A stretch of 62,464 nucleotides of DNA, the filler included, from Nemertoderma westbladi (lineage: Eukaryota > Animalia > Xenacoelomorpha), in NCBI GenBank assembly GCA_032718475.1. It is 3 parts of 3 records of this genome, joined end to end, with 100 filler letters (N's around TTAATTAATTAA, not from the genome) between each part and the next. Parts side by side here need not be neighbours in the genome. Positions count along the whole stretch, not along the records: positions 1 to 19,488 come from JAUCBJ010002781.1; positions 19,589 to 42,748 come from JAUCBJ010000596.1; 1 more part is not named here. One strand, given 5' to 3'. The notes under the pieces are model-generated. The model saw nothing but the letters and a program-made list of their open reading frames with translations. It did no database searches and had not been told where the DNA came from. The position numbers and the translations under genes were made by a program. Each line of letters begins with the position of its first letter. The first letter of the stretch is position 1. Positions 12,091 through 25,559 of the stretch are shown one piece after another.

Positions 12091-15000
12091 CACCCACTCC
12101 AGACGCTGTTACGTTGGGGAGTCCCTAGATGTTTGTAGGATTAGGGAGGTGGTCGTGGGAAGAGTATCTTGCCTTCCATAGTTTCCGGATAGTTCTGTCT
12201 CTTTCCAGTAAACATAAACAACCAACTGAGCGATTTGGTTGTTGTGTTTCGAATACAATTCCAGGTTTCTTCTTTGTCCTGGAATAGTGACGATAGAAAC
12301 ACCGCTTCAAATACACGACGGCCTTACAAAGCCGATTCCAGGAGCTATAGTGATTTATCGCTCTCTGCAGGAGAGGTGAGAATCCCTGTGAGACGTCTGG
12401 TGTTCCAGATTTCCAGTCTTTTTCTCTGATTTCCACAACAGATTTATTTGTGGCGGGGGAATTTAGATCTACAGCGTCGTCCCTGGAAATGTGTAGTACA
12501 GACCGATCTATCATGGGTTTGAATAACTTTGATATACTCATCCGGGTTTTAGGTTTGACTTTCTCCGCTCCCTTGGCTTGTCTAATCTCAGCCGTGGTAA
12601 GATGGGGAGGCCATTCATCTTCTTCTTTACCTAGGAAGTCGGGTCCACCTAACCAGTCCGGAGTATCTATCAGTTCTTGAGGGGTTGCTCCTCTGGAAGC
12701 GATGTCGGCTAGATTAATCGTCCCAGGGCAATGTCTCCATTGATCTACATTAGAGTTAATATCGTCATTATCTGAGGAGTATGGTATTCCCTCAGTTGTG
12801 GTCTCTCCCTCACTGATTTCTTCTTCCCATTCACTCACCTGATGGACTTGGTCGTTAGGTAGCCTTTCCATGAGTGTCCTACGGGAAGGTCCAGTGAAGT
12901 ACCAACCTACTCTTGTTCTTCCCGCATATGTTTGCAATGGTTGCGGTCGAGCAGGCCGTTTCTCTAATGTCTCAAGCGCCTCATGCGCATTTTGACCGAT
13001 GAGTATCTGTACTCCTGGGTAGTCGGTGTTGAATCTAGGGATATCATGCTGCTGGGTAAAATCGTCTTCATCCCAGTTGTAAGGTTCCACTTGGCTGGTA
13101 GCAAAGTTCTTTATCGCCACCATTTTTACTGACCTTATGCTATGTTCTCCTAGTTCGTCCTGGGGAGTGGACAATGCTCCTACATAGTAGTCTGTAGCTA
13201 CTGTAGATTTCCAAACCTGCATAATTCCTGAAAGGTTCAACTTAGTTCGGAACTTGGGTTGTCCAGCAAAGATGTCTTCGGCTAGTTCTTTGTCGATGAA
13301 TGTTCCTGTGCGCCGGAGTCCAGGAGGGCGTTGACTATAAAACTCTTACCTGATCCATGGACTATCAGCTGAACTACGGGGAATTCCCGGATTCCGACGT
13401 TGGAAGTTGGCGCTTTCCAAGATGGTTGTCGGTCAGGAATAGCCGGGTGTGCTTCGTTATCGGTTTCAGTCTCATACGTAAGCGCTCGATACACCGCGGT
13501 GTTTATCATATAACAGGATTCGTTTTCGTCGGAGAATTAATCCATGTAGAATCCTTCCATCTCAGAGCTGTGGTTAGTGTCGTTCACATCACTGAATTGG
13601 ACATGTAGTTCGGACTCACTTACCTGACTCGGGTTGTTTCTTTCAAATTCGGTGTGCAACAAGATATGATGTTTCGCGCCGCACTTAGCACACCTCGCAT
13701 CGGAGTAACAGGTTCGCCGTTGGTGTCCTTGTCTGAGACAATTATAACACAACCGCTTATCTCACATGATATCACGTCTATCTTTTAGGGATTTCTTTAA
13801 GAATTCATCACACGCACTTAAACGGTGGAGCCCGTCGCACAATGCACATTTTGGTTTGATGTTACTTACTTTACCTTGGGTAATGTTGTGCATACTCGTT
13901 CTTTCCTCGGGCTTTCTTCCATGAATTCTCTTAGGAGACGTAGGAGGAGTTTTTGTTACCTGTTCTCTCCTGTCACTGGTTCGAGACTTAAATTTACTTA
14001 CGTCTTTAGGTACTTTGTTGACATAATAAGATCTTTCGGTGTCTTTCCCGCTGTTCTCCTCATGGGAGGTTTGGCTTCTGCCGTCGTCTGTATAACACAC
14101 TGGTGTTACCTTTCTCCTAGAAACGGATTTTTCACTTACCTCACTTTCAGGAGTCTTCTCTCTAGACTGTTTTAGGAGTTGTAATCTTACCTCTCGGTTT
14201 AAGAATGACAGAAGGTCCGTCATGGTTGGATCTCTATGTTGTTGTTCCATCAAATAGAGAACCTTTTTGTCCCAGCGAGTACCTACTTCACCCTTTGGCA
14301 AAGCTGATGCTAAGGCTCCTACAACCATAGAATTCTGGTATTCATGAGACTTACCCAACCAGTCTAATTGTCTACAGATCTCCTGAATCTCATCGGAAAA
14401 CTCTATAATCCCGCTGCTAAGAAACTTTCGGGGCGCCATTAATTCGCATACAAATACTGAGCTATGTTAGTCCTATTACCATACCTGATGTTTAGTGTAT
14501 CCCAAACTTGTCTCAATCCATCTGGATGTCCAATAAACTTTAACGCCATTAACTTGGGAGGTCCTTCCAAGCACTCGATGAGGAATCTAAGCTTCTCTCC
14601 GTTAGATAGCACAGAGTTCTGTATGTTATCTTTATAATATTCATTAAAAGGTAACCATTTCATCTCATCTCCGTTGAACTTGATGATCTCTCCCACCTTT
14701 ACCGCTTGACGGGCTTCGGTTCTAGCCATTTGACGGGTAAAACTTTCTTGGGCCATCGTATTATTTAATATCGAGTTATCGGTATATAAATTTCTCGGAT
14801 TATGATCAGGTCTATATGGAATATCATTATCAACACGTTTATCGTTACCCTTAATAGGGTTTACTATAGGAGTTTCTACTTCACTAGCAGTATAGATGCG
14901 TGTAGGCTCCACACCTTGCGCATGAAATACTTCAGACCTAACAGGTTGACACATTGTTATAGGGGGTGGTGGTATACCCCTTTGTATATTTACTAATTTA

Positions 15001-18000
15001 TCGTGTTCTAACGCGATACTCTGCTGCACTTCTTGCAGTTCTAACCTACCCTCTCTTACTGTTCCCTTTAACTGCTGCACAGTCCCTTCCATTTCTCGGA
15101 CGTGCTGGGAGGAACGTAGACGCTGTTCCTCCAATTGTCCGAGCAAGATATCCATCCCCCGCCGTCCCTCATCCACCCACTCGACCGTCGAAGCGGGAGC
15201 CTCCAACATAGTAGCGGGTAGACGAGGGACGACGGGCGATAAATCGTTGATGTCTCGCTCGGCGTCAAAGACTGGGACTATTTATGTGACTATTCTATTG
15301 GGCACAGGTAATTTAGTACTGTGCAAAGGGAATTTAGAGTTAGGTTCTGGAAGTACAGGGGTCTCTATCACAGAGGGAGTGGCTTCGAGAATAGGCCTAA
15401 TTATTTCAGGCTCATCTACTATAGTAGGGAGTCTTTCTACTCTAATAATTTGGTCTGTGGGTTCTGTACTACCTAAGTCTGCACTAGCTAGTTGCCTTCT
15501 CACAGCTGGGGGCAAATTAGGCAATTTCTGAAGGTGGGGCGTTCTTCTACGCCTGCTGGGACGAGATCTATTTCCTCTTGTGTATTTCTTCTGTTGTATC
15601 GCCTTCATCAGATGATGTAAATCCCTGTCTCTTGGGAGTAGATCGACTTATCATCTGCATCTGACTAGCTGTTCTCTGTTTATCTATGTAGTTTTACTTT
15701 TCTTGAAGATTTTCCAACTCTAGTTGGGTTGTCTCTTCAGACGCCCTCCGTTCTGCTTCTACCACTGCCTCTGCCACTTTTCTTTCCGCTTCTGCCGCTG
15801 CTACCTTTCTTTCAGCCTCTGCCTCTGCCTCTGCCGCTGCCGCTGCCGCTTTTCTTTCAACTTCTGCCGCTGCCGCTGCTGCTGTCTTTCTGTCTTCTAT
15901 TCGTTTTTTCTTTAACTGCTCTTCTTGGACCCTGGCGATGCGGATGCTTTCATCAAATTTAGCTTGGTCAGCGGCTAACATTTCCGCATCTAATGAGTCC
16001 AACACAAACTTGGCTCCTTCACTAGTAGGGCGAAGTCCAGCTAGCCGTCTCCTCAACTCTTTGTCACCTATAAATCGTTGATAGTCCGACAGATAGATGT
16101 CAATAGCGTCCTTCTTCTGAGGTTGTGATTCTTCTGATGTCGCTTCGCTTTCCACTTGAGAAAAGGTAGCGTCTGTTGATTCTCCGTGGGTTGAGCGCTC
16201 AGTTAGCTGAATTTTCCATTGGGATGTTCCTTGGACTTTAAGACTCACCCGTTGGAACCAATTCTTTACGGCAACTTGCAACGACGTGTCTTGACTTCTC
16301 TTCGAGGCTTCCTCAAAGGCCGAAAGGATTAGTCTGATTCTTAGGATTCGTTCTCGAACTTGATAAAGCAGCTCTCCCTGCTCTTGAGGTCCTTGGGGTT
16401 GTTGAAACAGTTGTTCCTCTAATCGCTCCAAAGAGCTGAAGAATCCCTGTACATATCCTGCTGCCGACCTCTTCCACACAGCTGGATCTCTAGTGTCCTT
16501 TACCACTCCCATCCTGTATAAGTCCTCCCAGGCAGCTTCCGATAAGTTAAACGGGAGTCCGGGTCCGGGGAAGTTCCATTGCGTCTCGACAATAGACTTC
16601 AGTTCCTCCTTCGTGTATCCCGCATAACTGTCCTTGGTCGATCGCTTACTTCTCGCCCAATCGATTTGATGTTCCTCCACCGCAATCAATACTCTAGTGA
16701 GTACGGCTTCAGGAAGAATGAGAAGTGGATCCGAATAAACTGCTTCTGCCATCTTTGCTCCGCGCTCGGGTGTCAACTCTACAGTATCTGAACTACCGGA
16801 GCTATCGGGCCGCTGAGAAATAAGTTCTCGGCTCGGGTGTTGCTGCTGTTTAACAGCTGCCTCTTGGTCCCGCTTGACTTGAGCCCGAGTGCCTATGATA
16901 GACCTACGGTGCTTTACTAGCCTAGGGTCTGATACTACTACTGAAGGGATGACTTTTCTTACAGTAGGAGGGGACTTGAACTTTGGTCTCAAATGTTCGG
17001 TACTCCTGTCGGAGTCGCAGACTGTTGTTTCTAGGAGACTATCTGACAGAGTTTGCTTTGTGTCAGCCATGTTTGATTGTACAGTTGAATGCCTACTACT
17101 ATAACGACAGTTAAAGCAAGTCTAGTAATTCAGTATCAACTGTTAGCCTAGTAATTAATTACCGATATCGTTACTCAATGTAACGTGATATATATACAAT
17201 ATATTAGAATACCGGTATACACTTGTAGTATATAATAAGTATTATTACAGACTAGGGTTTGTCACAGAATACCGGTATATAATTTCAGCATAAATATATA
17301 AAATATATAATAAGCCTACCGTGAATACCGGTATACAGCTTACACTTATAGTATATATAAGTATAATTATAGACTAGAATTAATTACAGAATACCGGTAT
17401 ATAATTTCAGCATAAATTTATATAAATAAATATAATAAGCCTATAGTAAATACCGGTATGTCAATTATTTTATAATAACTGAATTTCTGAATTTTAGGGT
17501 TACTTTTCTTTACTTTATTACTGTTATTAAGCAGTAGTCCAACTGATATTAAGACCTAATTGATGTATGACAGGCCTACTATTTTATAAATCGGTTTGAG
17601 TTGATTTATAATATATATATACCCTTATAATGGGTTTTTGACAATATTTGAAATAAATGTTATTATTTCTGGTAAGGAGTCACTACACAGAAGCTGAACG
17701 CTCTCAGTGAAGTGCTACTTGTTGGACACTAAAACAAATAATTCTACTTGACTAAGTTACTTATTACTACAAATTACGTACAATTACGGGGTGAGATTAC
17801 AATCTCTAAATAAACACAAAAATTACACGTACAAATTTTAGGGTAATTTTACAGGAAATCTACAAACCAGCCTAACAAGGGGTTAGAATTTCTGGTTATT
17901 ACAACGGACAGGATACTACGGTATTTGAAAATAATTAAGCAGTAGTAAATAAATTGCGTTGTCCAGATAAGAAAATACCACCGTCTGACGACTTATAGTC

Positions 18001-18157
18001 TTTAGCTGTACAGCTCTATAAGTACTACGTTATGTACCCGGAGTGTTCTTACCTAGAAGTTAATTACCGCAGCCAACCAGAGCTAACGTGCCTATTAACC
18101 ACTTTACAACACAAATATACTGCCTACACACTAATTACCTTCGGAAAGTACTGTACA
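12091..18157 (-). mobile_element. BEL/Pao LTR retrotransposon copy 1, internally deleted and frameshifted
   Basis: Gag with DUF1759-like region (FNGDEMKWLPF..EKLRFLIECL..L.IRYG), three Cys-His knuckles (CALCDGLHRLSAC, CYNCLRQGHQRRTC, CAKCGAKHHILLH), protease LLDSGA, RNase H tail WRHCPGTINLADIASRG, terminal RSVGCLCLLE; ~1.1 kb leader 17071-18157. Confidence 0.9.
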
Positions 18158-18181
18158 CTCTCCAAATTAATTAATTAATTA

Positions 18182-18258
18182 ACCCTGTAATTGTACGTAA
18201 TTTGTAGTAATAAGTAACTTAGTCAAGTAGAATTATTTGTTTTAGTGTCCAACAAGTA
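18182..18258 (-). repeat. 77-bp inverted duplicate of 17716-17792
   Basis: Reverse-complement match with one mismatch. Confidence 0.9.
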
Positions 18259-18259
18259 C

Positions 18260-19488
18260 CTCTCCAAACGTCCGAAACTGAAACTATATATAATATCCTA
18301 AACCTAAGAAATAATTGCTCAACTAACGATAACTTCCCCATTCCTATCCTAAAAATTGCAGCCTATGACCTTGCCCCACACATCACAAATTTCATTAATA
18401 TCTCCATAAGATCTGGTTACTTTCCAAATATCCTAAAACAAGCCAAAATAATTCCCGTTTACAAAAGTGGAGATCCGACTGATAAAAACAATTATCGTCC
18501 CATATCCATACTTCCTGTCTTTACTAAACTTTACGAAACTGTGATAAACTCCCAATTAATTTCATATTTAGAGAAATACAATATTCTTTCCAATGACCAA
18601 TATGGGTTCCGTAAACATTCGACAACTACTGATGCAATTCTGACAATTACCGAACGCCTATATGAAATACTTGACACTGAGCAATCTGCCTGTTTGATTA
18701 CAATAGATTTAAAAAAAGCCTTCGACACACTGAATCACGAAATACTACTCAAAAAACTAAACTGCTACGGAATACGAGGCCTGCCACACACTCTTCTAAA
18801 AAGCTATCTAACTGAACGCACCCATTACGTCTCCCTCAATAACAACCAATCCGAACCCCTAACCTCTACCTGTGGAACACCTCAAGGAGCAATTCTAAGT
18901 GCCACACTATTCCTTTTATACATTAACGACTTACCAAACTGTACACAATTAACAACAACTCTCTTCGCTGATGACACAAATCTACTGTACTATCACCCAA
19001 ACCAAGACACCCTCATCGACACTGTTAATAAGGAACTTACCAAACTTGAAGAATGGCTATTAGACAATAAGCTCTCACTAAATCTAAAAAAAACGGAATA
19101 CCTACTTATCACTAAAAAACAAAATACTACCGACGAACAAGTTATAATTCAAGGGAAACCAGTCAATATTGTAGAATCAACTAAATTCTTAGGCTTATTT
19201 ATCGACAATAAACTGACTTGGCAACAACACTGCGCTTATGTAAACAAAAAAATTTCAAAATCCGCTGGTTTATTTTTCAAACTACGATATATCTTACCTC
19301 TGAAAATATTAAAATCATTATACCATACCTTCATCCATCCCTACTTGTCATACGGAATAATTCTATGGGGAAACTCAAGTGCAAAAAATATTAATCCAAT
19401 TAGAGTCAAGGTTAACAAAATAATACGCGCGATAACCTTCAACCACTACTTAGCACACGCACCACCGATTTACAGATCACTAAACATT
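18260..19488 (+). mobile_element. 5'-truncated L2/CR1-group LINE RT fragment, cut by the scaffold gap
   Basis: NYRPISILP, QYGFR, IDLKKAFD, GTPQGAILS, FADD, KFLG, YGIILWG; open frame up to the Ns. Confidence 0.9.
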
Positions 19489-19588
19489 NNNNNNNNNNNN
19501 NNNNNNNNNNNNNNNNNNNNNNNNNNNNNNNNTTAATTAATTAANNNNNNNNNNNNNNNNNNNNNNNNNNNNNNNNNNNNNNNNNNNN
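19489..19588. other. Artificial scaffold join (44 N + TTAATTAATTAA + 44 N)
   Basis: Fixed 100-bp layout with a six-frame stop linker, identical to the second gap. Confidence 0.95.
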
Positions 19589-22500
19589 ATGCGTGTAGGC
19601 TCCACACCTTGCGCATGCAATACTTCAGACCTAACAGGTTGACACATTGTTACAGAGGGTGGTGGTATACCCTTTTGGGTGTTTACTAATTTATCGCGTT
19701 CAAGCGCGATACTTTGCTGCACTTCTTGCAACTCTAGCCTACTTTCCCTCACTGTTCCCTTTAAATGTTGGACAGTCCCTTCCAACTCTCGGACCTGTTG
19801 GGAGGAGCGTATCTGATTCTCCTTCATCTCTTCAAGGAGAATATCCATCCCCCGCCGTCTCTCGTCTACCCAATCAACCGCCGAAACGGGATCCGCCAAC
19901 GTCGTAGCGGGCAGACAAGGGACAACGGGCGACAAATTCGGAATATTTCGCTCGGGGTCCAGGACCTGAACTGTCTCTCGGGCAGTTCTACGGGGCACAG
20001 GTAGCTTAGTGCTATGTAGAGGGAATTTATAGGTAGTCTCAGGGAGCACAGGTATGTCTATCACCGAAGGGGTGATTTCAAGAACAGGCCTACTTATTTC
20101 AGGCTCATCTACTATAGTAGGGAGTCTTTCTATTTTAATTATTTGGTCTGTGGGCTCTGTACTACCTAAGTTGGTGTTATTTAGTTGCCTTCTAACAGCT
20201 GGAGGCAAATCAGGCAATTTCTGACGGTGGAATGTTCTTTTACGTCTACTTGGACGAGATCTATTTCCCTTGCCTTCAGTGTCGGTGGTATCGCCTTCCT
20301 CAGATGATGTATACCCTTGTCTTTTGGGAGTAGATCGACTCATCATCTGCATATTACTAGCTGCTAACTGTTTACTAAAGTCGTCTTGCTTCTCTTGAAG
20401 ATTTTCCAACTCCAGTTGGATGATCTCTTCAGCCGCTTTTCGTTCTACTTCCGCCACTGCTGCCGCTTTTGCTTCTGCTGCTGCCGCTTTTGCTTCTGAC
20501 GCTGCCGCTTTTCGTTCTGCTTCCGCCACTGTCGCTTTTCGTTCTGCTTCCTCCACTGCCGCTTTTCGTTCTGCTTCCGCCACTGTCGCTTTTCGTTCTG
20601 CTTCCTCCACTGTCGCTTTTCGTTCTGCTTCCGCCACTGCTGCCCCTTTTGCCGCTGCCGCTGCCGCTTTTGCCTCTGCCGCTGCCGCTTTTCTTTCTGC
20701 CTCTGCCACTGCTGCTATCTTTCTGTCTTCTATACGTTTTTTCCTTACTTGTTCTTCCTTTTCTCTAGCGATGCGGAGTTGTTCATCGAATTTAGCTTGG
20801 TTCGCCGCTAACCTATCCACATCAATCGCATCTAACACAAGTTTGGCTCCTTCGCTATTAGGGCTAAGTCCCTCTAGCCTTCTCCTCAACTCTTCATCTC
20901 CCACAAAACGCTGATAGTCTGACAGATAGATATCAATGGCATCCTTCTTATGCGGTTTCTCTGCCGTCGCTTCACTTTCCACTTGGGAAAAAGTGGCGTC
21001 CGTCGATTCTCCATGAGTTGAGCGCTCCTCCAATTGAGCTTTCCACTGAGCTGCTCCTTGAACCTGGCGACTCACCCTTTGAAACCAAGTCTTTACGGCA
21101 ACTTGCAACGACGTGTCTTGCTTTCGTTTAGAAGCCTCCTCAAAGGCGGATAAGATTAGCCTAATCCGCAGAACTCTTTCTCTAACTTGATAAAGCAGCG
21201 ATCCCTGCTCTTGAGGTCCTTGAGGTTGTTGAAAAAGTTGCTTTTCTATTCGCTCCATAGAGCTGAAGAATCCCTGTGCGTATCCGGCTGCGGACCTCTT
21301 CCACACAGCTGGATCGATGGTTTCCTTGGCTACTCCCATCCGGTGTATGTCTTCCCAGGCAGCTTCTGATAAATCAAACGGGAGTCCGGGTCCGGGGAAG
21401 TTCCATTGCGACTCGACAATAGACTTCAGTTCTTCACTAGTGTAGCCCGCGTAGCTATCTCTAGTTGTCCGTTGACTCCTCGCCCAATCGATCTGGTGTT
21501 CTTCCACCGCGATCAATAACCCGGCGAGCACGGCTGCAGGAAGGATGAGAAGGGGATCCGTATAAACCGCATCCGTCATCTCTGCTCCGCTCTCTGGTGT
21601 CAGCTCTACAGTATCCTCACTACTGGAGCTGCTGGGCCGCTGAGGAATAAGTTCTTGACTAGCGGGTTGTTGCTGTTCCGCTGCCTTTTGGTCCCGCTTG
21701 ACCTGAGCTCGAGTGCCTATGATAGACCTACGATGTTGGACCAGCCTAGGTTCTGTTATTACTACTGGAGGGATGACCTTCCTCACAGTGGGAGGTGAAC
21801 TGGATTTACGACCAGACGTTTGTACGTCTCTATCTGAGTCGCAGATAGTTACATCTAATAAACTGTCTGACAGGTTCTGCTTAGTATCAGACATGACTAT
21901 GTATACCGTTGAATGTCTACTGCTGTATTACAGTCTGAGTAAGTCTAATAACTCAGTATGAACTGCTAGCCTAGTAATTAATTACCGTTACTGCTACTCA
22001 GTGTAGCGTGATATATATATAATATATTAGAATACCGGTATACTTATAGTATATATAACTATATAAGTATTATTACAGACTAGGTTTATCACAGAATACC
22101 GGTATAATTTTAGCACAAATATATATAAATATATAATAGGCCTATCGGAATACCGGTATACAGCTTACAGTTTGTAGGATATATAATTCTGAAATAGAAT
22201 TAATTACAAGTACCGGTATAATTTCAACCTAGATTTATAAAAATAAAGATAATAGGCCTATCGTAAATACCGGTATATCAATTATTTTAAATAATTGAAT
22301 TTCTGTATTTTAGGGTTACTTGGTTACTTTAACTTACTTTATTACCGTTATTTGAGCAGTAATCCAACTGATATTGAGACCTAATGGTTGTATGGTAGGC
22401 CTACGATTTATAAATCGTTAGATTTGATTTATAATATATATATACCCGTTTTAGTGGGTTTTGTCAATGTTTGAAATAAATGTTATTATTTCTGGGGAGT

Positions 22501-24090
22501 AATCACTACACAAAGCGGTGCGCTTTCAGTGAAGTGTTACGTATAGGACACTAAAACAAATAATTCTAATTTACCTAAGTTACTTAATACTACAAATTAC
22601 GTACAATTCGGGTGAGATTACAATCTCTAAATAAATGCAAAAATTTACAAAAACGCAAATACGAATTTTTAGGGTAATTTTACAAGAAGTCTACAAACCA
22701 GCCTAACAAAGGGTTAGAAAACTGATTATTACAGCGGACAGGGTACTACGGTATTTGAAATAATAAGTAGTAGTAAATACACTGCGTTGTCTAGATAGGA
22801 AAATACCACCGCCTGACGACCTATAGCCGTATCGCTATAGGTTCTACGTTATGTATCACGGAGTGTTCCTACCTAGAAGTTAATAGAGCTAATCGAATGT
22901 GCCTATCAACCACTTTACAACACAAATATAATGCCTACAATAATTACTTCGGAAAGTACCGTACACTAAACCCTAAATTAGGTACGAGTACTTGTATAAC
23001 AGATAATCAGTAATTAAATATACTTGAACAGCTAAAAGAACCACGGCATCTGCTGGAGTGACCGATGCACAAAATCACCAGTCTTTACCTACGCCGAGCA
23101 GCCCGTGTAGTACCGGGGTTAATTTAACTATAGCGGTATGTATAACAAACACAATTACTGTAGGAACAAACTTGGGGACTTGAATGTTGCGAATAATCGC
23201 ATAAACTCTGAATAATAAATATTACGCTACGCGTACAAACTACTCAAACAAAATACAGACCGAACACTGACAGACTACTATCAAGCCTAAACAAACTACG
23301 GTATATGCAGACTCCGAAATGATTAGGGAGTATGCGCTCTAACCCAGTAGTGCGACTTATTCTTTAGTTGGGGGTTTACCTTACAGCGTTGCTGCCCCTA
23401 CTGCCTAATCGTACTTAATCGGACAGATGATCTACACACGCGGCAATCCGTTCAGACTTAATAACAGCCAGACAACTATCCAGCCTACAAATTATTTAAA
23501 TAAAATTATACGCTACCCGTACAGACTTACACAAACAAAGTACAGACTAAACGATGGCAGACTACTCTCAAGCCTAAATAAACTACGGTATATGCAGACT
23601 CCGAAATGATTAGGGAGTATGCGCTCTAACCCAGTAGTGCGACTTATTCTTTAGTTGGGGGTTTACCTTACAGCGTGGCTGCCCCTACTTCCTAACCGTA
23701 CTTAATCGGACAAGTGCTCTACACACACTGCAATTCGTTCGGACTTAACAGCAATCAGACAACAGCTTAGCCTACAAATTGTCTATACAATCTGATGAGG
23801 TTTACACGCCTTCTGTTCAATACTGGCCTACAAACAAATAAAACTTGACAGAAATAAGTAGAAATCTCAATAAAAACCAGGGCTGCAGTCCCTGATTAAT
23901 TATTAAGGCCTACTGGTATATAACAATCAAAATCGAATAATACTGCTGTAGGTACCGGTCCGGATGATCAGGCAGTCAGGCCTACTGGTTACCGGTCGAC
24001 CGGTACTTTCGACTTTATTGCTTACTGCAATAAAGAAGCTATATCCTTTAATGTTCGCGCTTTCAGACCTTTGGCAGTTTAACCCACCAA
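19589..24090 (-). mobile_element. BEL/Pao copy 2: long 5' leader and intact Gag N-terminal ORF (start 21894, runs into the gap)
   Basis: Collinear protein and nucleotide similarity to copy 1 (MSDTKQNLSDSLL vs MADTKQTLSDSLL, through ..HAQGVEPTR); leader 21895-22970 matches 17071-18157; the far boundary is uncertain. Confidence 0.85.
23230..23790. repeat. ~288-bp tandem duplication in the BEL leader region
   Basis: CAAGCCTAAA..ACTACGGTATATGCAGACTCCGAAATGATTAGGGAG.. at ~23282 and ~23569. Confidence 0.9.
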
Positions 24091-25284
24091 ATTAAGATGT
24101 CTTCTAGATATTAAATCTGCTTTTAGTCTATGACAAGTATTTGATTCACTACACTAGTCGAAACCAATCCGTGCGCGACCATTCACCCGCTGGATATTCC
24201 CGGGAGATTGGGTTCGACGGTTTAATTTTTATTGCTATGTAAGCCTAATGTATTATTCGACTGACAGTATTATATAATCTCTGACAATATTATTCACCTT
24301 CGGGAATATTAACAGTTCCTTTAGGACGTGGCGCTTTATCTATATAAACAGAGTTATGACTTAAACTACTCACAACGATATGGCTTAATTATAATCCACA
24401 TATATGGCGCATTCTTTAGGAATGCTTCTTTAACAGACTCACTCATACACTATGCTGCACAATACTGCACACTAATCTGCCAATCTTCACTGATTTTAGT
24501 CACATATAAAAGGAACACAGGCTGACTCATGTAGGGTCTATCAAATAACATTGGATTCACTTCAAACCAATTTAACATAAGTCACAATCGTTATTGGTAA
24601 CCTTTCTCTCTTACCTTCGGTATATCAAGAATATTGGGTTTCGGGGTGATTTATCGTTATTCCAAATATAATAATTCATCAACCATATTATGAAGAAATG
24701 ACAGTAAATAGCAGTATAACACAACAACTGAACACTGATTGTTATGAGTTTGCAATGTTTCAGCAGTCAGGATGTATGATAAGTTATCAGTAGTCATTAG
24801 ATGCGTTAAAGGATATATGCCCTTTATAATTAAACCTACTAGTGTAAGACTAAAAGACAGTACAGCACAAAAATACTTCCAAGCCGTTCTTTCTTTGGCT
24901 CAAGACTGAATGTAAGCACTGCACATAGGCATTGCGTCATTTCTCGGAAATTTTCTGTACAAGGAGCCACAAAAACGCTCTCATTGGCTGACTGAACTGA
25001 GAGACGCCGTAGAACAAAGGAAATCAACACGTATGAATGTCAGCTGTTAACCGTAGTCATAGTAACTACTGTTCAAGAGTAGCTATCACCCCTTTGCGTC
25101 ACGAATTGCCATAGAATCATAAAATATGCCTTTCACAATACACATACGGAGGAAATAGGTCTTAGATCCTCTAAAAACACCGATACAGCAATAATACGGT
25201 CTCTTACACTTATTAAATCAACTACAGAGTATTTTAATGTAAAAGATAATAAAAATAACGGGGCAATTCAGCAAAGGCTTTTAC

Positions 25285-25432
25285 ACACACAGTAAATGTC
25301 CAGTTATAATGGCCACACAGTAAATGTCCAGTTATAATGACCACACACTAAATGTCCAGTTATAATGACCACACACTAAATGTCCAGTTATAATGACCAC
25401 ACAGTAAATGTCCAGTTATAATGACCACACAG
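25285..25432. repeat. 28-bp tandem repeat (~5 copies)
   Basis: CACACA(G/C)TAAATGTCCAGTTATAATG(A/G)C. Confidence 0.9.
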
Positions 25433-25559
25433 TCCCTAAGTGACTGTGTGGCCTGTTATATATATATATAATCTAATTAAGTAATGGGGTATAAGAATTA
25501 AAGTAGTAAAACTTTAATTAGATTATAAAGTTATAAAGTCTGTTACAAAACTTCATTCA

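Noticed and set aside
19533-19544. TTAATTAATTAA inside N runs as a biological motif
   Set aside because: Six-frame stop linker added during scaffolding; same at 42793-42804
20420-20914. Plus-strand Ala/Ser-rich and Leu/Pro-rich ORFs (also 15724-15962)
   Set aside because: Antisense shadows of the AEAERKA repeats in BEL gag
24073-24100. PBS and 5' LTR boundary for BEL copy 2 (minus strand ..ACA-N8-TGGTGGG)
   Set aside because: No tRNA match recognised and the adjacent sequence does not resemble the candidate LTR at 11605-12090
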